Shown: positions 11,019 through 23,721, numbered from the stretch's first letter. The stretch: 37,160 nucleotides of DNA from Gonapodya sp. JEL0774 (GCA_027604505.1 JADIIX010000082.1:62001-99160); one strand, 5' to 3'. Numbers and translations are program-made. Notes: generated by a model from the letters alone, not told the origin.

Positions 11019-13069
11019 ATGAAGCGACCCAGTGTTCTTGGTTCACGGAACTTTCTCCTCGCTGTGGTGACGTTTGGACTTTTCGCCGATGTCTTGAGTT
11101 ACTCCCGTCAGTAGGAAAACGGATATTTGCTTGATCGCTGTGATCTTGGTTTTCTTACCTCTGTTGTGGAATCAGTTGTCATCCCAATCATGCCATTCAT
11201 TTTCTCCAGACTTGAGATCGGCAACGTCGATGATGCACAGGCAAACTCTGCCCAACTTGGAGTGTTGCTTGGGTAAGTGCACTTACTGTTGCATTCCTCT
11301 CAAAAGTGTTTCTCACCGGTGGTCGTGTTTTCGCATTTCATTCAGTTGCTATTCCGCCGCCCAGCTTATCGGCTCACCATTGTTTGGATGGCTGTCGGAC
11401 CGCATTCGGAATCGAAAGTGGCCCATGGTCGGGGGCCTTTTTGCGGGCATGGCTGCCATCAGTGAGTGGTACATAGTTGTACCCATCCTCACCTCACTCG
11501 TTTCTCGCATAAATTGATTCCGTGTGCCAATGTGAACCCACCCTTCGCCTCTCAGTATTTTTCGCGGCGTCCACAAATTTTGCCATGCTCGTTGCAGCAC
11601 GGGTGCTTCAGGGAATCTCAGCCGGTGCTGTGTGGACACTGGGGCTCGCATTATTAGGGGATGTATTTCCAGATGCTGAGTTAGGGAAAGCATATGGAAT
11701 TGCCATGACTGGGTTCACAATTGGTCAGTTTCCTGCGGTAAATTCTCAAAACGATCCTGTATTTACCGTGTGGCTGCGCTAACCAAACATTCCCACCACT
11801 ACACCCCTCGCTCCACTCCCCTCTCCCCCCGACCCCGGCCCCCTCCTATCAGGAACCGTCATGGGTCTCCCCATCGGGGGCACATTGTACGCTGTAGCGG
11901 GCTACTGGTCGCCGTTTTTGGTCTCAGCAACGTTTATTGTGTGCGACATGATAGCACGATTGCTCGTTATAGAGCCAAAGCGTCACTCTTTAGAGTCACC
12001 AAGTACAACCGGATCTTCCGAGCCAGAAGAATCGGTTACCCTCAAATCCCCAGGCAGCTCTTTGTCAGTGCCAGATACCTCCGTATCAGACTCCATTCCC
12101 ATATCAATTGCCCCACTCCCAGCTCCCGCCACGGATTCTCCCTCCCCAACCTCTGCACGCTTCCCCCACCGCATCATCTGGCATGTTCTGCGCACGGACG
12201 ATCCTACATATTGGGATCTCATGAGGGATCCTGCCATCATGAGTCTGTGTGGGATGAGTGTCATCGCGTCCGTGACGATGATGTCGCCGGAAGCGACGGT
12301 TCCTTTATACTTGGAGAAGGAATTCAATGCTTCTAGCGTGACGATAAGTCTCATGTTTTTCGCTTTGGTGAGTTTATGACGGCGAGTATTCTCTGCTTTC
12401 ACTGACCCCGTACTGCATGTGCAGGTCGCGGCAGGATTAGTCTCTGGTCCTCTTGCTGGGGGCCTCCGTGACAAGTATGGAGCTTCGCGAGTGGTCGTTC
12501 CGTGTCTGGTTTGTGGGGCCATCGTAACTCCGTTTTGGGCCATCGCAAAATCGTACGCTACGGTAAGAAGGTTTTCTCCCACCGATTTCGGTGGGATTGT
12601 GGGCGTGATTTAACGAACTGAGAACGCTCCCTGTTTAATTTTTGATCCACAGTTTGCCGTGGTTTCTAGTATTTACGGATTTTGGATGACCGCTGTACAA
12701 GCTCCCGTGATGTAAGCGTCATCGTTGTACAGTTTCATGTTTCATGATGAATACGTCCAGTCGTGTAACATTGGCACTCTTATTTTCTCGATCCGCAGTT
12801 CGGAAATGGTCATTCTAGTGCCCCAGAAGGCTATCGGCAAAGTTTTCGGTCTCTTCAACATTGCGTTTTCTGTTGGAGGACTCATCGGCCCAATAGTTGC
12901 TGGCGCAATTTATCAGAACACCAATTTTCTCGGTCTATGCTTGTTCTTGACCGGTATGAATGCCTTGTCAATACCTCTTTTCCTATTCTTCATTTATGTG
13001 AGGGATGCTCGGGAGAAGGCGAAGCAGTCAATGCCTGTGAAGGAGCAAGCCAAGTTTGATGAATCGTGA
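11019..13069 (+). CDS. MFS transporter, SLC18/vesicular amine transporter-like (DHA1-type), tandem copy 1
   Basis: MKRPSVLGSRNFLLAVVTFGLFADVLSYS|VVIPIMPF...GWLSDRIRNRKWPM (MFS motif A)...ARVLQGISAGAVWTLGLALLGD...GLPIGGTLY...FGLFNIAFSVGGLIGP. GT-AG introns. Confidence 0.92.
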
Positions 13070-13629
13070 GCACATTGGTGATAGCATGTGAATATGTGAG
13101 AAGTGATTGACTTGATTGGTCTGTTTCAGGGGTTCCCCGAAACCGCTCAAATAATCCAAGGATTGACTTTGGCTCCACTCAGTGGCAGTTTGTCTTGCGA
13201 ATGCAAACAATTTTTCTTGTACATATTAGGGAGCCAATGTCAGTTGCTCCGCGAACAGCCAAGTCTAGAGCAGATTCTTGAGTGCATCGGCTGCATGTCA
13301 CACACCGCATTATCGAGGATCCGAAAATATTTGCACTATCTAATAAGAGCGGTAGTTCTATATAATAAACAAAAACGGGCAAGAGTTACAATGTTGGGAG
13401 TCACGGGGTGCGTCCAAGAAGTCAGTTCATTTGTGGAGAGCAAAGGAAGGCGCCTCGATGTCTCCCTTATCGCATCAGTGAAGGCACATACATACATAGC
13501 ACACATACCTGTTGTGAATCCGGTGCAGGACCTTCTTCGCAATTGTTGTACATACCTCACTCGCCATTAATGTATTTGAACGTGCATTCATTACAGTCGC
13601 TGCAATCACACGAATATTCTGCCAATCTA

Positions 13630-15533
13630 ATGAAGCTCTCTCAATTTTTTGGTTCGCGGACTTACGCTCTCATTGTCGTGACCGTCGGGATCTTCGCAGA
13701 TGTTGTGAGCTACTCGTGTGAGTGGACAGAAGCTATGCTGTCATCCTCCTTGGTATTCTAACCTGGCGACAAAACTCGTTATTAAGTGGTGATTCCCATT
13801 ATGCCCTTCATGTTCTCCAGACTTGGGATTGGAAACCTTGGTGACCCGCAAGGAAACTCCGCACAGATCGGCCTCCTACTGGGTTTCTTCTCCGCGGCCC
13901 AATTAATCAGCTCGCCATTATTGGGATGGCTTTCGGACCGACTTGCAAATCGCAAGTGGCCCATGGTTTGGGGGTTATTTGGGGGAATGGCTTCTATTGG
14001 TGAATGTGTGACGCGGCTGGTCGCGATGTTGAACACCTCCTCGTTGCTGACCTTCACCTTCACATAACCGACCAGTTCTATTTGCCGCCTCCACAAACTT
14101 TGTGATGCTTGCTATTGCACGTGTCTTTCAGGGAATTTCCGCAGCAGCAGTGTGGACATTGGGGTTATCGTTACTGGGTGACGTCTACCCGGATTCGGAA
14201 ATCGGAAAAGCTTACGGAATTGCCATGTCCGGCGCTTCAGTTGGTAGGTTCTAGGACGAGGCTTCTGAATCCCCGTCAATAATCTGACAGATCACGGCTT
14301 TCAAGGAACAATCATTGGACTCCCCATTGGAGGTACCTTGTACGCGGTGGCAGGCTTTTGGTCACCGTTCGTGGTCTCTGCAGCGTTCATTGTGTGTGAC
14401 ATGGCTGCCCGTTTGCTCGTTGTGGAGCCAAGGCGTCGCGTTCTTGAGGCATCAGACTCACCAAAGTCACCTGCATTCGAAGAATCAAATAACCTCGATG
14501 CACAAGGCAATTCTTCACTAGCTCAAGAGGACTCTGTTATACCAGACTCCACTCCCAACTCCCGTGCTTCACTTCCAGCTCTCATGGATACCTCCGCCCG
14601 CCGGCGCCAGCGAAGATTTCCCCATAACATCACTTGGCACGTTCTGCTTACGGAGAATCCTACTTACTGGGATCTCGTGCGAGATCCGTCTATCTTGAGC
14701 TTGTGTGGCTTGGTCACCATCTCTTCCGCAATGTTCAGCTCGCCGGAGGCTACTGTGACATTACATTTGGAAAAGGAGCTCAATGCAACTAGTCTCACAA
14801 TAAGTCTTATGTTTTTCGCAATGGTGCTTTTGAGAATGGGGCTTCTTCTCGTTCAGTCCTTCTCATGAGATGTGCTTACAGATTGCGCCAGGATTAGTCT
14901 CTGGCCCTCTTGCCGGCATCCTTCGCGACAAGTACGGAGCTTCTTACGTTGTCATTCCATGCTTCGTTTGCACGGCTATCGTAGCCCCCTTTTGGGCGAT
15001 GGCCAAGTCATACGCAACGGTGAGCGGTGTTTCGCATCTTCCACTGGAAGAAATGTGGATGGCAGACTGACAGAGCGTGCACGACCTTGACCGGCGCCCC
15101 TGTAATACGCAGTTTGCCTTAGTTTCCTTCACTTACGGATTTTGGTTGAGCGCCGCACCGGCCCCATTGATGTGGGCATTACTAAAGTGGACACTCTTGA
15201 AACTAATGGCTGATTATATCCCTTTTCCCATTTTATAGTTCGGAAATGGTTACTTTAGTGCCTCAAAACGCTATCGGCAAGGCGTTTGGTCTATTCAACA
15301 TTGCACTTTCTTTTGGAACACTGGTTGGCCCCATTGTTGCGGGTGCAATCTATCAGGAGTCGAACTTTCTTGTCTTGTGCATATTTTTTACGGGCATGAG
15401 CGGCTTGGGGTTACCTCTGTACCTGCTCTTCACATACCTCAGGAACGCACGGGAGACAGTCAAGCGGGATATACTATGCCGCAGAGCAAAACAGGTCCGA
15501 CGAAACGAGAGTAATTTTGTCGATGAAAACTAA
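13630..15533 (+). CDS. MFS transporter, SLC18-like, tandem copy 2
   Basis: MKLSQFFGSRTYALIVVTVGIFADVVSYS...GWLSDRLANRKWPM...ARVFQGISAAAVWT...FGLFNIALSFGTLVGP. Colinear with copy 1. Confidence 0.92.
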
Positions 15534-15711
15534 ACTAATTGTCGGTCTGAGTGACTGATCTGAGTGGTGAGTGGCTTGATCGACTTTGGTGGGTTGTTCT
15601 ATTCGGCCTCAAGAATAGAGATACGAACTTCCCTCCTTTCTGACTTGCATCTCGCGTTTGAAGTTTCCGAGCTCCTTGATGTGTGTCGCTCACAAACAGG
15701 GATCGTGTTCC

Positions 15712-15753
15712 CACAATAATATATTCTGTATATTCTGCACAATAATATATTCT
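15712..15753 (+). repeat. 16-bp direct repeat CACAATAATATATTCT (two copies) in AT-rich region upstream of MFS copy 3
   Basis: Identical copies at 15712-15727 and 15738-15753. Confidence 0.7.
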
Positions 15754-15874
15754 ATATTGTCTGTGGCGCCGAACATATCATGACGGATATATGTGCAGCC
15801 AATATATAACATGCTTATTTAATGCGCGGATCCCCTCTTATTCTCTAACTTGACGTGATTCCTCCGCTATCCAG

Positions 15875-17777
15875 ATGCAGCTCCCCAGCTTTTTGGCTTC
15901 GCGGACTTACGCTCTGATCGTTGTAACCGTGGGGCTCTTTGCAGATTGCATTAGCTTTTCGAGTTAGTGCACATGAATGGGTCGGAAACTGGTTATCGCT
16001 CTTCAAATCTCACTTTTCTCCTAAACCGTTGATATTCAGTGGTTGTCCCTATTATGCCCTTCATGTTTTCCAGACTCGGCATTGGAGATCTCGACGACCC
16101 TCAAGGGAACTCGACCAAGCTCGGGTTGATCCTGGGTGTTTACTCTGCAGCCCAGATCGTCGGCGCACCACTTTTTGGATGGCTATCGGACCGACTTGCG
16201 AATCGCAAGTGGCCCATGATCTGGGGACTATTTGGGGGCATGGGTGCCGTCAGTGAGCCTCGCGACACTCATCAATGACTGGATATCAAACCTTCCCTCT
16301 AAACTACACCCTCACTGGACCGAACAGTTTTGTTCGCCGCTTCCGCAAACTTTGCGATGCTGTCTATTGCCCGTTTCCTTCAGGGAATATCTGCCGCGGC
16401 CGTCTGGACGCTTGGTCTGGCTCTATTGGGTGACATATACCCGGAATCGGAGCTAGGAAGAGCGTATGGAATCGCCATATCTGGTTTTTCTATTGGTAAA
16501 GTGTTGTGCCAAATTTACCTACTCATTTCGGATCTTCACTGTTGTTTGCCCTCCTTAGGAACGGTTATCGGAATCCCCATCGGTGGTTCATTGTACGAGG
16601 TGGCGGGCTACTGGTCGCCATTTATTTTCTCTGCAGCAATCCTTGTGTGCGACATGATTGGGCGGTTGCTTGTTGTAGAGCCTAAACGTCACTCGCTTGT
16701 GTCACGCACAACAACAGAGATCCCTCTGTCTGAAGAGTCAACCACGCTCAAACCCGAAGCCAGCAACTCGTCGTCTCCTGTCATCTCACTGGCGGATCCC
16801 GTTCCCAGCACTGATACGGTCTCGCTTCCAACACGAGTGGCTCCAACGGCGGTTGCGCATGAACGGTTTCCTCACAACATCAGATGGCACGTTCTGCACA
16901 CTAGTGATCCAACGTATTGGGATCTTTTGAGAGATCCAGCCATTGTAACTCTGTGTTGCATGAACGCTATCGCAGCGACGTTGATGATGTCCCCAGAGCC
17001 GACTGTGACACTGTACTTGCAAAAGGAGTTTGGAGCGTCAAGCTTGACAATCAGTCTCATGTTTTTTGCAATGGTAAGTTCAAATGAACGTGGTATGTCT
17101 GTTGTCTTGCATTCACCAACCGCGAGAATCACATTCATAGGTTGCGCCTGGTTTGGTCTCTGGCCCCGTGGCGGGTAGCCTACGCGACAAGTACGGAGTT
17201 TCGTTCGTCCTCATGCCATGTCTTGTTGCCACAGCAATAGCAACACCATTTTTCGCGATTTGCACATCGTACGCTTCGGTAAGATTTCGCTCTAAAGTTC
17301 TGGTCTCTGGAGGAGTTAACTACACTAACACATGCATTTCGGTGATCCACAGTTCACCGTCATTTGTTGTATCTACGGATTTTGGCAGACTGCCGTGCAA
17401 GCCCCCTTGACGTACGTTGACAAAAGCCGTGACGACGGTGCTCTGAGATGATTCAAGGATATGAACCACATAATATACACTTTCTCGTCCCTTATAGGTC
17501 AGAAATCGTCGGTCTTGTTCCCCAAAGCGCTACCGGCAAGGCGTTTGCTCTCTTCAATCTAACGTTCTCAATTGGATCACTCGTTGGGCCTATTATTTCA
17601 AGTACAATTTACCAGCTGACCAACTTTCTGGCTCTGTGTCTTTTCCTGAGTGCCTTATGTATTCTGGCGATCCCCATGTTGATGTTCTTTGTTTATTTGA
17701 AAGGTGTAAGGGAGGCGGTGAAGCAGTCGTTGACACTGGAAACGAAACGAGCACAGGGGGATGAAATCGTTATTTAG
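15875..17777 (+). CDS. MFS transporter, SLC18-like, tandem copy 3
   Basis: MQLPSFLASRTYALIVVTVGLFADCISFS...GWLSDRLANRKWPM...ARFLQGISAAAVWT...FALFNLTFSIGSLVGP. Confidence 0.92.
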
Positions 17778-18320
17778 TTCAAACACGCACGCAGTTTGCA
17801 ATTCTCCTTTCGCACTTCGCAAAAATTCAGATACGAAAAAATATTAATCGCATCATGAGCAAAATATTGCGATGTTGGGTGGGATGATCGTGGGGGGGGA
17901 GCAAACCGATGGCTTCGCCACACAGGTTATTCTTCAGGGATGAGGAGAGAAATCTGCTCCCTTTTGTGCTGACAATTCCGCGACGGCAGCGTGTTTCCGT
18001 TCTCATATTCCGGCGTGGTGGGTATCAGCTCAATCTTTATCTATTTTTCTTGCGCGACGCCGTCGGGTGTGCCCTGCAATGCTGTCTGATGGCCGCCAAG
18101 AGCATGTGAAATTGGATAATGATCGGAATGAGAATTGGCTCCGATGTCGCGCGATTGGATTCGCAACCGAGCTCCAACGTACAGGATGATACTGTTTCTG
18201 AATGCTCTCTGCCAAATCTTTCTATCTGTGGAGATTCCGATGGTGTGGAGGAGAATGCTTTGTATTGGTTCGACGCATCCAGCGTTCCGAGATTCTCAAC
18301 AAACAACACCTGCTTAGGTC

Positions 18321-19291
18321 ATGTCCGTCTCTACAAACATCATTTCCGACGTACTGGGGGCCGCAGAGAGTCCCCCGAAAGCTCTCCCCGCCCCAGTTTC
18401 CGTTCCGCTCCGGGATCCGGAAAACTCATCATCGACGACCACGGTGCCCACTCTCAGTCGTCGTTTGCCTCGACGATCATCTTCCGTCCATCCGTTTACC
18501 GAGCAAAATGCTCGTAACTTGCGTCTCAATCTCAATGACCAACGTGAAGATAACGGCCACGTCGCTCCTCCTCCGCGACAAGTGGGCCCAGGCGAACAGG
18601 AGATGCTCGCCCGCAGACGCATTTTGCAAATAAAGCGAGAGCATCGATGTCTTATGAAACAGAATTCAGAGCGCACGCCAGAGCGAACTGCTCGCCAAGT
18701 CGTCGGCACTGCCGCGGCGGTTGTCACAACACCTGTGTACGTGGTATCGAAGATGGGAACCAAGATCATTAAGGGAGCAGCTGCATTTGTCTCTGGATTT
18801 GTAAGTTTCCGGATTCGTCGATGGCAAGGTGAACAGCCAACTCTAATCTTTGCTTGTGCTGTTGTCTCGTGTTGGTCCACCAAGGCCTCCCTTTCAAACA
18901 CCGAACAGTCTGACTCTCGAATCCAGGTTGGTATAGAATGCATCGTGGTATGGAAACTTGTCTATGACAGTCCGCTGACTATTGCATACACTTTCGCCAG
19001 TGCGAAACCTTAACATGGGTCGCCCTCCAAAACCGCCACCGCCGTGAGCGATTTCAACAGTTGCAAGCTGAAGGACTCGCTCTTCCCCAACCGCAACAAC
19101 GTCAGCCGACCGTCTTGCCCACCACGGTCCCACCGCCACGAGTTGATTTCACTCTGACACGGAGGGAGCTTCCGGGTGTCATCCACCCGGCCCCAGGGAT
19201 ACCGAATCGCAGGTCCCTGGGACATGTCTTGGCGCGCATTGCTGGGGTTCGGGAGAGACCCTTTGTTATTCCAGACCGACGTTTCCTGTGA
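18321..19291 (+). CDS. Hypothetical (orphan-like) protein, about 270 aa, 3 exons
   Basis: Exons 18321-18800, 18885-18926 and 19001-19291 join in phase 0 (GTAAGT..AAG, GTTGGT..CAG) into one open frame. Pro/Arg/Ser-rich with one amphipathic segment (QVVGTAAAVVTTPVYVVSKMGTKIIKGAAAFVSGF). No recognised domain. Confidence 0.6.
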
Positions 19292-19810
19292 TTTTGTCGT
19301 GACGCCGCGCGCACTTTGGACCAGCTTGATGGGCGATAGTTGGTCATGAGAGGAGTAACAGGGAGAGCTGGTTGGCATGGGAGAGCTGGTGCAGTTGGGG
19401 CGACCTTCTTTTTTATATGTCTCTTGGATTCTCAAGCGGATGCCGCATAACTCTGCAAAATGGATTCATTCTATCTCGAACCCGGTATTTGATATTTGTT
19501 TTCATCTTAGACTATAGATTACAAACCGTAGAAGTGTTATAGACATATTACAGCAATAGAACGTTTTCCCCAGTTGCAACAATGTCTATGTATGAAGTTG
19601 CAAACATCTGCATGGATGTTGTAGCTCGATTCACAACCGTAACCAGGCCGCTACCCACCAAAGCGCGACGAATTCCGGTCACTGAGTGTCGTGAGGAGCG
19701 CAAACAAACACAATATATGATATGTGGACCGAATATCCGAATATATTGTTTTATTGAGACCCAGCCAGCCTTACTGCCGATTCGATTCGCGGGAATAACG
19801 TGTTTCCAAC

Positions 19811-21595
19811 ATGAATATCACCAGCGTTTTTGGATCCAAGAGATATGCCCTCATTGTCGTCACGGTTGGGATCTTCGCTGACGTTTTGAGTTATTCGGGT
19901 GAACTTCGTGCAATTCATTCATTTGAAAACAGAATTGCACCTCCATTACTCATCACGCTGCGGAACCCATGGTCCTTGATAGTGGTGATTCCCATCATGC
20001 CGTTCATGTTCTCCAGACTTGGGATCGGAAGTGTGGAAGACGCACAAGGAAATAGCACGTTGCTGGGCCTGCTGTTGGCCCTCCACGCTGCGGCTGTGCT
20101 TGTAAGCTCCCCTCTGTTTGGACTTCTCTCGGATCGAATTCAGAATCGAAAATGGCCCATGGTGGGGGGCCTCGCAGCGGGGATGGCGGGCATTAGTGAG
20201 TGGCCCCAACATCCTGCAATCATATATATTACTTGGACGGTCTGTTCACTCGAACAATCGAACTCCAACATGTAGTTTTCTTCGCAGCGTCCACAAATTT
20301 TGCGATGCTGGCTACAGCACGTGTCCTCCAAGGAATTTCACAAGCCGCTGTCAAGACATTGGGGCTCGCTTTACTGGGCGATTTATACCCCGATGCGGAA
20401 CTCGGCAAAGCGTACGGATTCACATCGCTTGGTTTCGCGGTTGGTGAGTTTGTATACGTACATACACATTATCGTGCAGCATTCAAATCCATAGACACTC
20501 ATATTTACAACCTCGAAGGAATCCTGATCGGTCTCCCTCTTGGGGGCACATTGTACGCAACGGCCGGCTATTGGTCGCCTTTTTTGCTCTCTGCCGCGTT
20601 CATGTTGTGTGATCTGGTAGCGCGTTTGCTTGTTGTGGAGCCGAAACGCCATTCACTGCCAAACGCAAAATCACGTGACTCCGCTGGTGCATCAGAACCA
20701 CTTCCAGCTCTTAGAACCAATAACACAGCCGCCGTATCTGCTCCCCCAAGTCAACTCTTCCCCCGCAACATCACCTGGCATGTTCTGTTGACAAACGATC
20801 CTACCTACTGGGATCTTGTGAAAGACCCCGCCATCATGAGTCTGTGCTGCGTGAATTGTATCGCGGCGATTCTGGTGAATGCGCCGGAGGCCACTGTCCC
20901 ATTGTACCTTGAAAAGGAGTATGACGCATCTAGCGTGAAAATAAGTCTCATGTTTTTTGCAATGGTGGCAGGTGGTATTGTCGCAGCACCCCTTGCAGGT
21001 TCTCTTCGTGATAAGTACGGAGCTTTGTGGGTCGTCATAGCGTGCTTTCTGGGCACAGCGATTGGTGTCCCATTTTGGGCGGTTGCGAAATCTTATGCCA
21101 CGGTGAGCGTTGTCGTCCCATAACCGCGGTTAGGTGCATCATGAGCGTTTACCATACACCCTCCTCTTTCCAGTTTGCGATAGTATCTTGTATTGTCGGG
21201 TTTTGGGTTATCGCTGTGCAAGGCCCCTTGAAGTAAGTTGTATCTGAGGATACACGTTCGGTGAGAATTTGATTTGGCGAGACATCAACACCTTTTACAA
21301 CCCTTGCCGTAGCTCCGAAATGGTCGGACTTGTGCCTCCAAATGCTATTGGTAAAGCGTTTGGCCTGTCCAACACAGCGTACTCGTTTGGAAATCTTATC
21401 GGTCCCATTGTGGCGGGTGCTATCTATCAGGAGTCAAGTTTTCTGGCTTTATGTCTGTTTTTAGCCGGCCTGAGTGCATTGGCTGCATTATTGTTTTTGT
21501 TCTTCGGTTATCTGAGGGGAATGCGGAAGGCGGTGACACATTCAATCGCAGTGACAGAGCAACAGAAGCTCGATGGACAATTGACAGCATTGTAA
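19811..21595 (+). CDS. MFS transporter, SLC18-like, tandem copy 4 (most divergent)
   Basis: MNITSVFGSKRYALIVVTVGIFADVLSYS...GLLSDRIQNRKWPM...ARVLQGISQAAVKT...FGLSNTAYSFGNLIGP. Confidence 0.92.
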
Positions 21596-21725
21596 ATAAA
21601 AGTCAGTCAGCCTGATCTTTAGCTCTGTTTGAATCAGCCTCCAATACTTATATTTGCGGTGATGGCAGGTGTTCTGTACTTCATGTTTCTAATTGTTACA
21701 ATCTTTATTCATACATATAAATAGT

Positions 21726-23721
21726 TTACAAGTACCCCATGGACTCTCGCGTTTTTGGAATAAACGCAGTCTCACTCTTAATTTTGCGGGAGATCCACGG
21801 CCCAAGAATGAGAGGCTTTCCAAAAATACTCATGGGTGTTTGAGTCGCCCCCGAACGCCTACCAAGCATTACCAGCATTGCTGGTTAATGTAATCGAAAG
21901 GGGTGGTGGTTGTGGAGGGTTCATTGAGCAATAATAACAACAAAAAAGGTGGGCTTACCAAACGGCTGCTCAACAACCTCCTTAAGCTTGACATCCTGCA
22001 AAGCTTTCACTCTTCCGGCTTTGTCGTCCCCCAAAACACCACTCGCTGACTCAGCCTGCAATAGCGATATGATATTACTTGATACGATGGGCATATGGGC
22101 CTTTGCAGCGACGAGCATCTTTCTGTTGTAGTAAAGGATGCATCGCATTAGTGTTGACGCACTTGCACGTAAGCATCATACGACTCGAAACTCAACGCTG
22201 CTCCGGTTTTCGCCACATCTCCTACTGCAAACATCCACGGTAAGCTGTCGTCGCTCATTTGGAGCGTCTTTTTGACAATCACGTCCTTGGTTTTCTCGTC
22301 GATAAGGTGCGGGTAGTGCTTGGCCAGAGGATACGAGTTGAAAACAAAGTTTCCGATGGAGATTATCTGCAAACGGTGCGTCAATTGGCCATAAATTGTC
22401 AAAGGAATATCTTTGCTCTGTACAGAGAGACTGTGTTTGCAATAACGCGTGGACATTGTACCTGAAGATCGGTTGTTATCTCCCTTCCCTTGTCGGTCGT
22501 GATAGTCCGCTGCCCTGCTCCTTTCCACACTCCATCAAACTCCTCCTTCATTAGATTTGCCCTTTCTCCTGTTATGATTTCCACGCCGAGTTTTGTTAGC
22601 TCGGATGTCGCCAACTCCCGCAGCTCCGGTGTTACCTGGGGGTACGACAGGATCGTCGGCCCGGCCTCGAGAAGGTACACCTTCTTTCCAGGGAAGTCTG
22701 TACCGATCTCTCCGGCGACTGTCCCCGTGAGTGACGAAATGTGGGTCAGCAGGGCAATGCGTGCCGGACCCGGTAGCGACGCTATCCCACGTACTCTCGC
22801 ATCCAACGGGTCCACCTCCAACCACCAAGATACTCTTGGTGCTTTCGCTCTTGATTGCGCCGTAAATGTTACGCAGTATTTTTTTGCCTGGTGAGCACGG
22901 ATTTCCATTCATCTTTCACACAGCGTTACAAACAGCAAAGAATGCAGCTCATTACTCGCCTTCTTCGGCTTTGTTGACATTAAACTTTGCGGGTTGCGGG
23001 TTCCAGCTTCCTGTGGTCAAGACGAGGTAGTCGTATAGGATTGTTTCACCAGTAGATGTCTCAATTGATGTCGGGGAGATGTGCTTAATTGAAACAGCAA
23101 CGGTGTACAAGGTAAATGTTGAGCAAACAACCAGCGCGATTGCATCATTTCGCAAATGTATACATACGACGACTTCCACGCCAGTTCTAATAGTGACTGT
23201 CTTTGTTTTAAACGCCTTGTCATAGGGAATCCACACCTTTTCGATTGCATCACTTTCCACCACCGCTCTGATGCTCCCAACACTGATAAAACAAGGTAAA
23301 TACGTTGTTAATTACAATTCTTTCATTCCACAATCCACGGTGACGAACCTGTGGAAGAATTCGTCTTTCTTCTCGAGCAACAAGATCTCCACCGCGTCTT
23401 CCGTGACGCTCTTTTCAAGAGTCTGCGCAATTTCAACTCCAGCATCTGTGTATCATGAATAGATGTCAGCGTGTATACTTGTATGCCATCCTTGCGCTGC
23501 TGCAAGGATGAAATTCTCGGCAATCCTTGATCATCATCAACCCTCAATGCCCAATCCGGGAATATGTACTCACAACCACCACCGACGATTACAATACGGC
23601 GCTTTCTGTCCTTGAACGTGATTGGAGTCGCCGCTGCAAAGTACTGCCACATTGCGTATCCTGCAGCGATCGTTAGTCCACCTACGGCAACAGATGTCGT
23701 CACTTTTAAAGCGTCGCTCAT
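21726..23721 (-). CDS. AIFM2/AMID/FSP1-like FAD-dependent NAD(P)H oxidoreductase (Pyr_redox_2) with N-terminal hydrophobic anchor, multi-exon
   Basis: RIVIVGGG|YAG (FAD Rossmann), YDYLVLTTGS, SILVVGGGPVGCE|VAGEIGTDFPGKKV (NADH Rossmann, AMID-type), MFAVGDVA. C-terminus ...MLGRRSGATQ...WISRKIKSETAFIPKTRESMGYL*. Confidence 0.9.

Noticed and set aside
11019..23721. Secondary-metabolite cluster (MFS exporters + oxidoreductase)
   Set aside because: No PKS, NRPS, terpene synthase or pathway transcription factor in the window.
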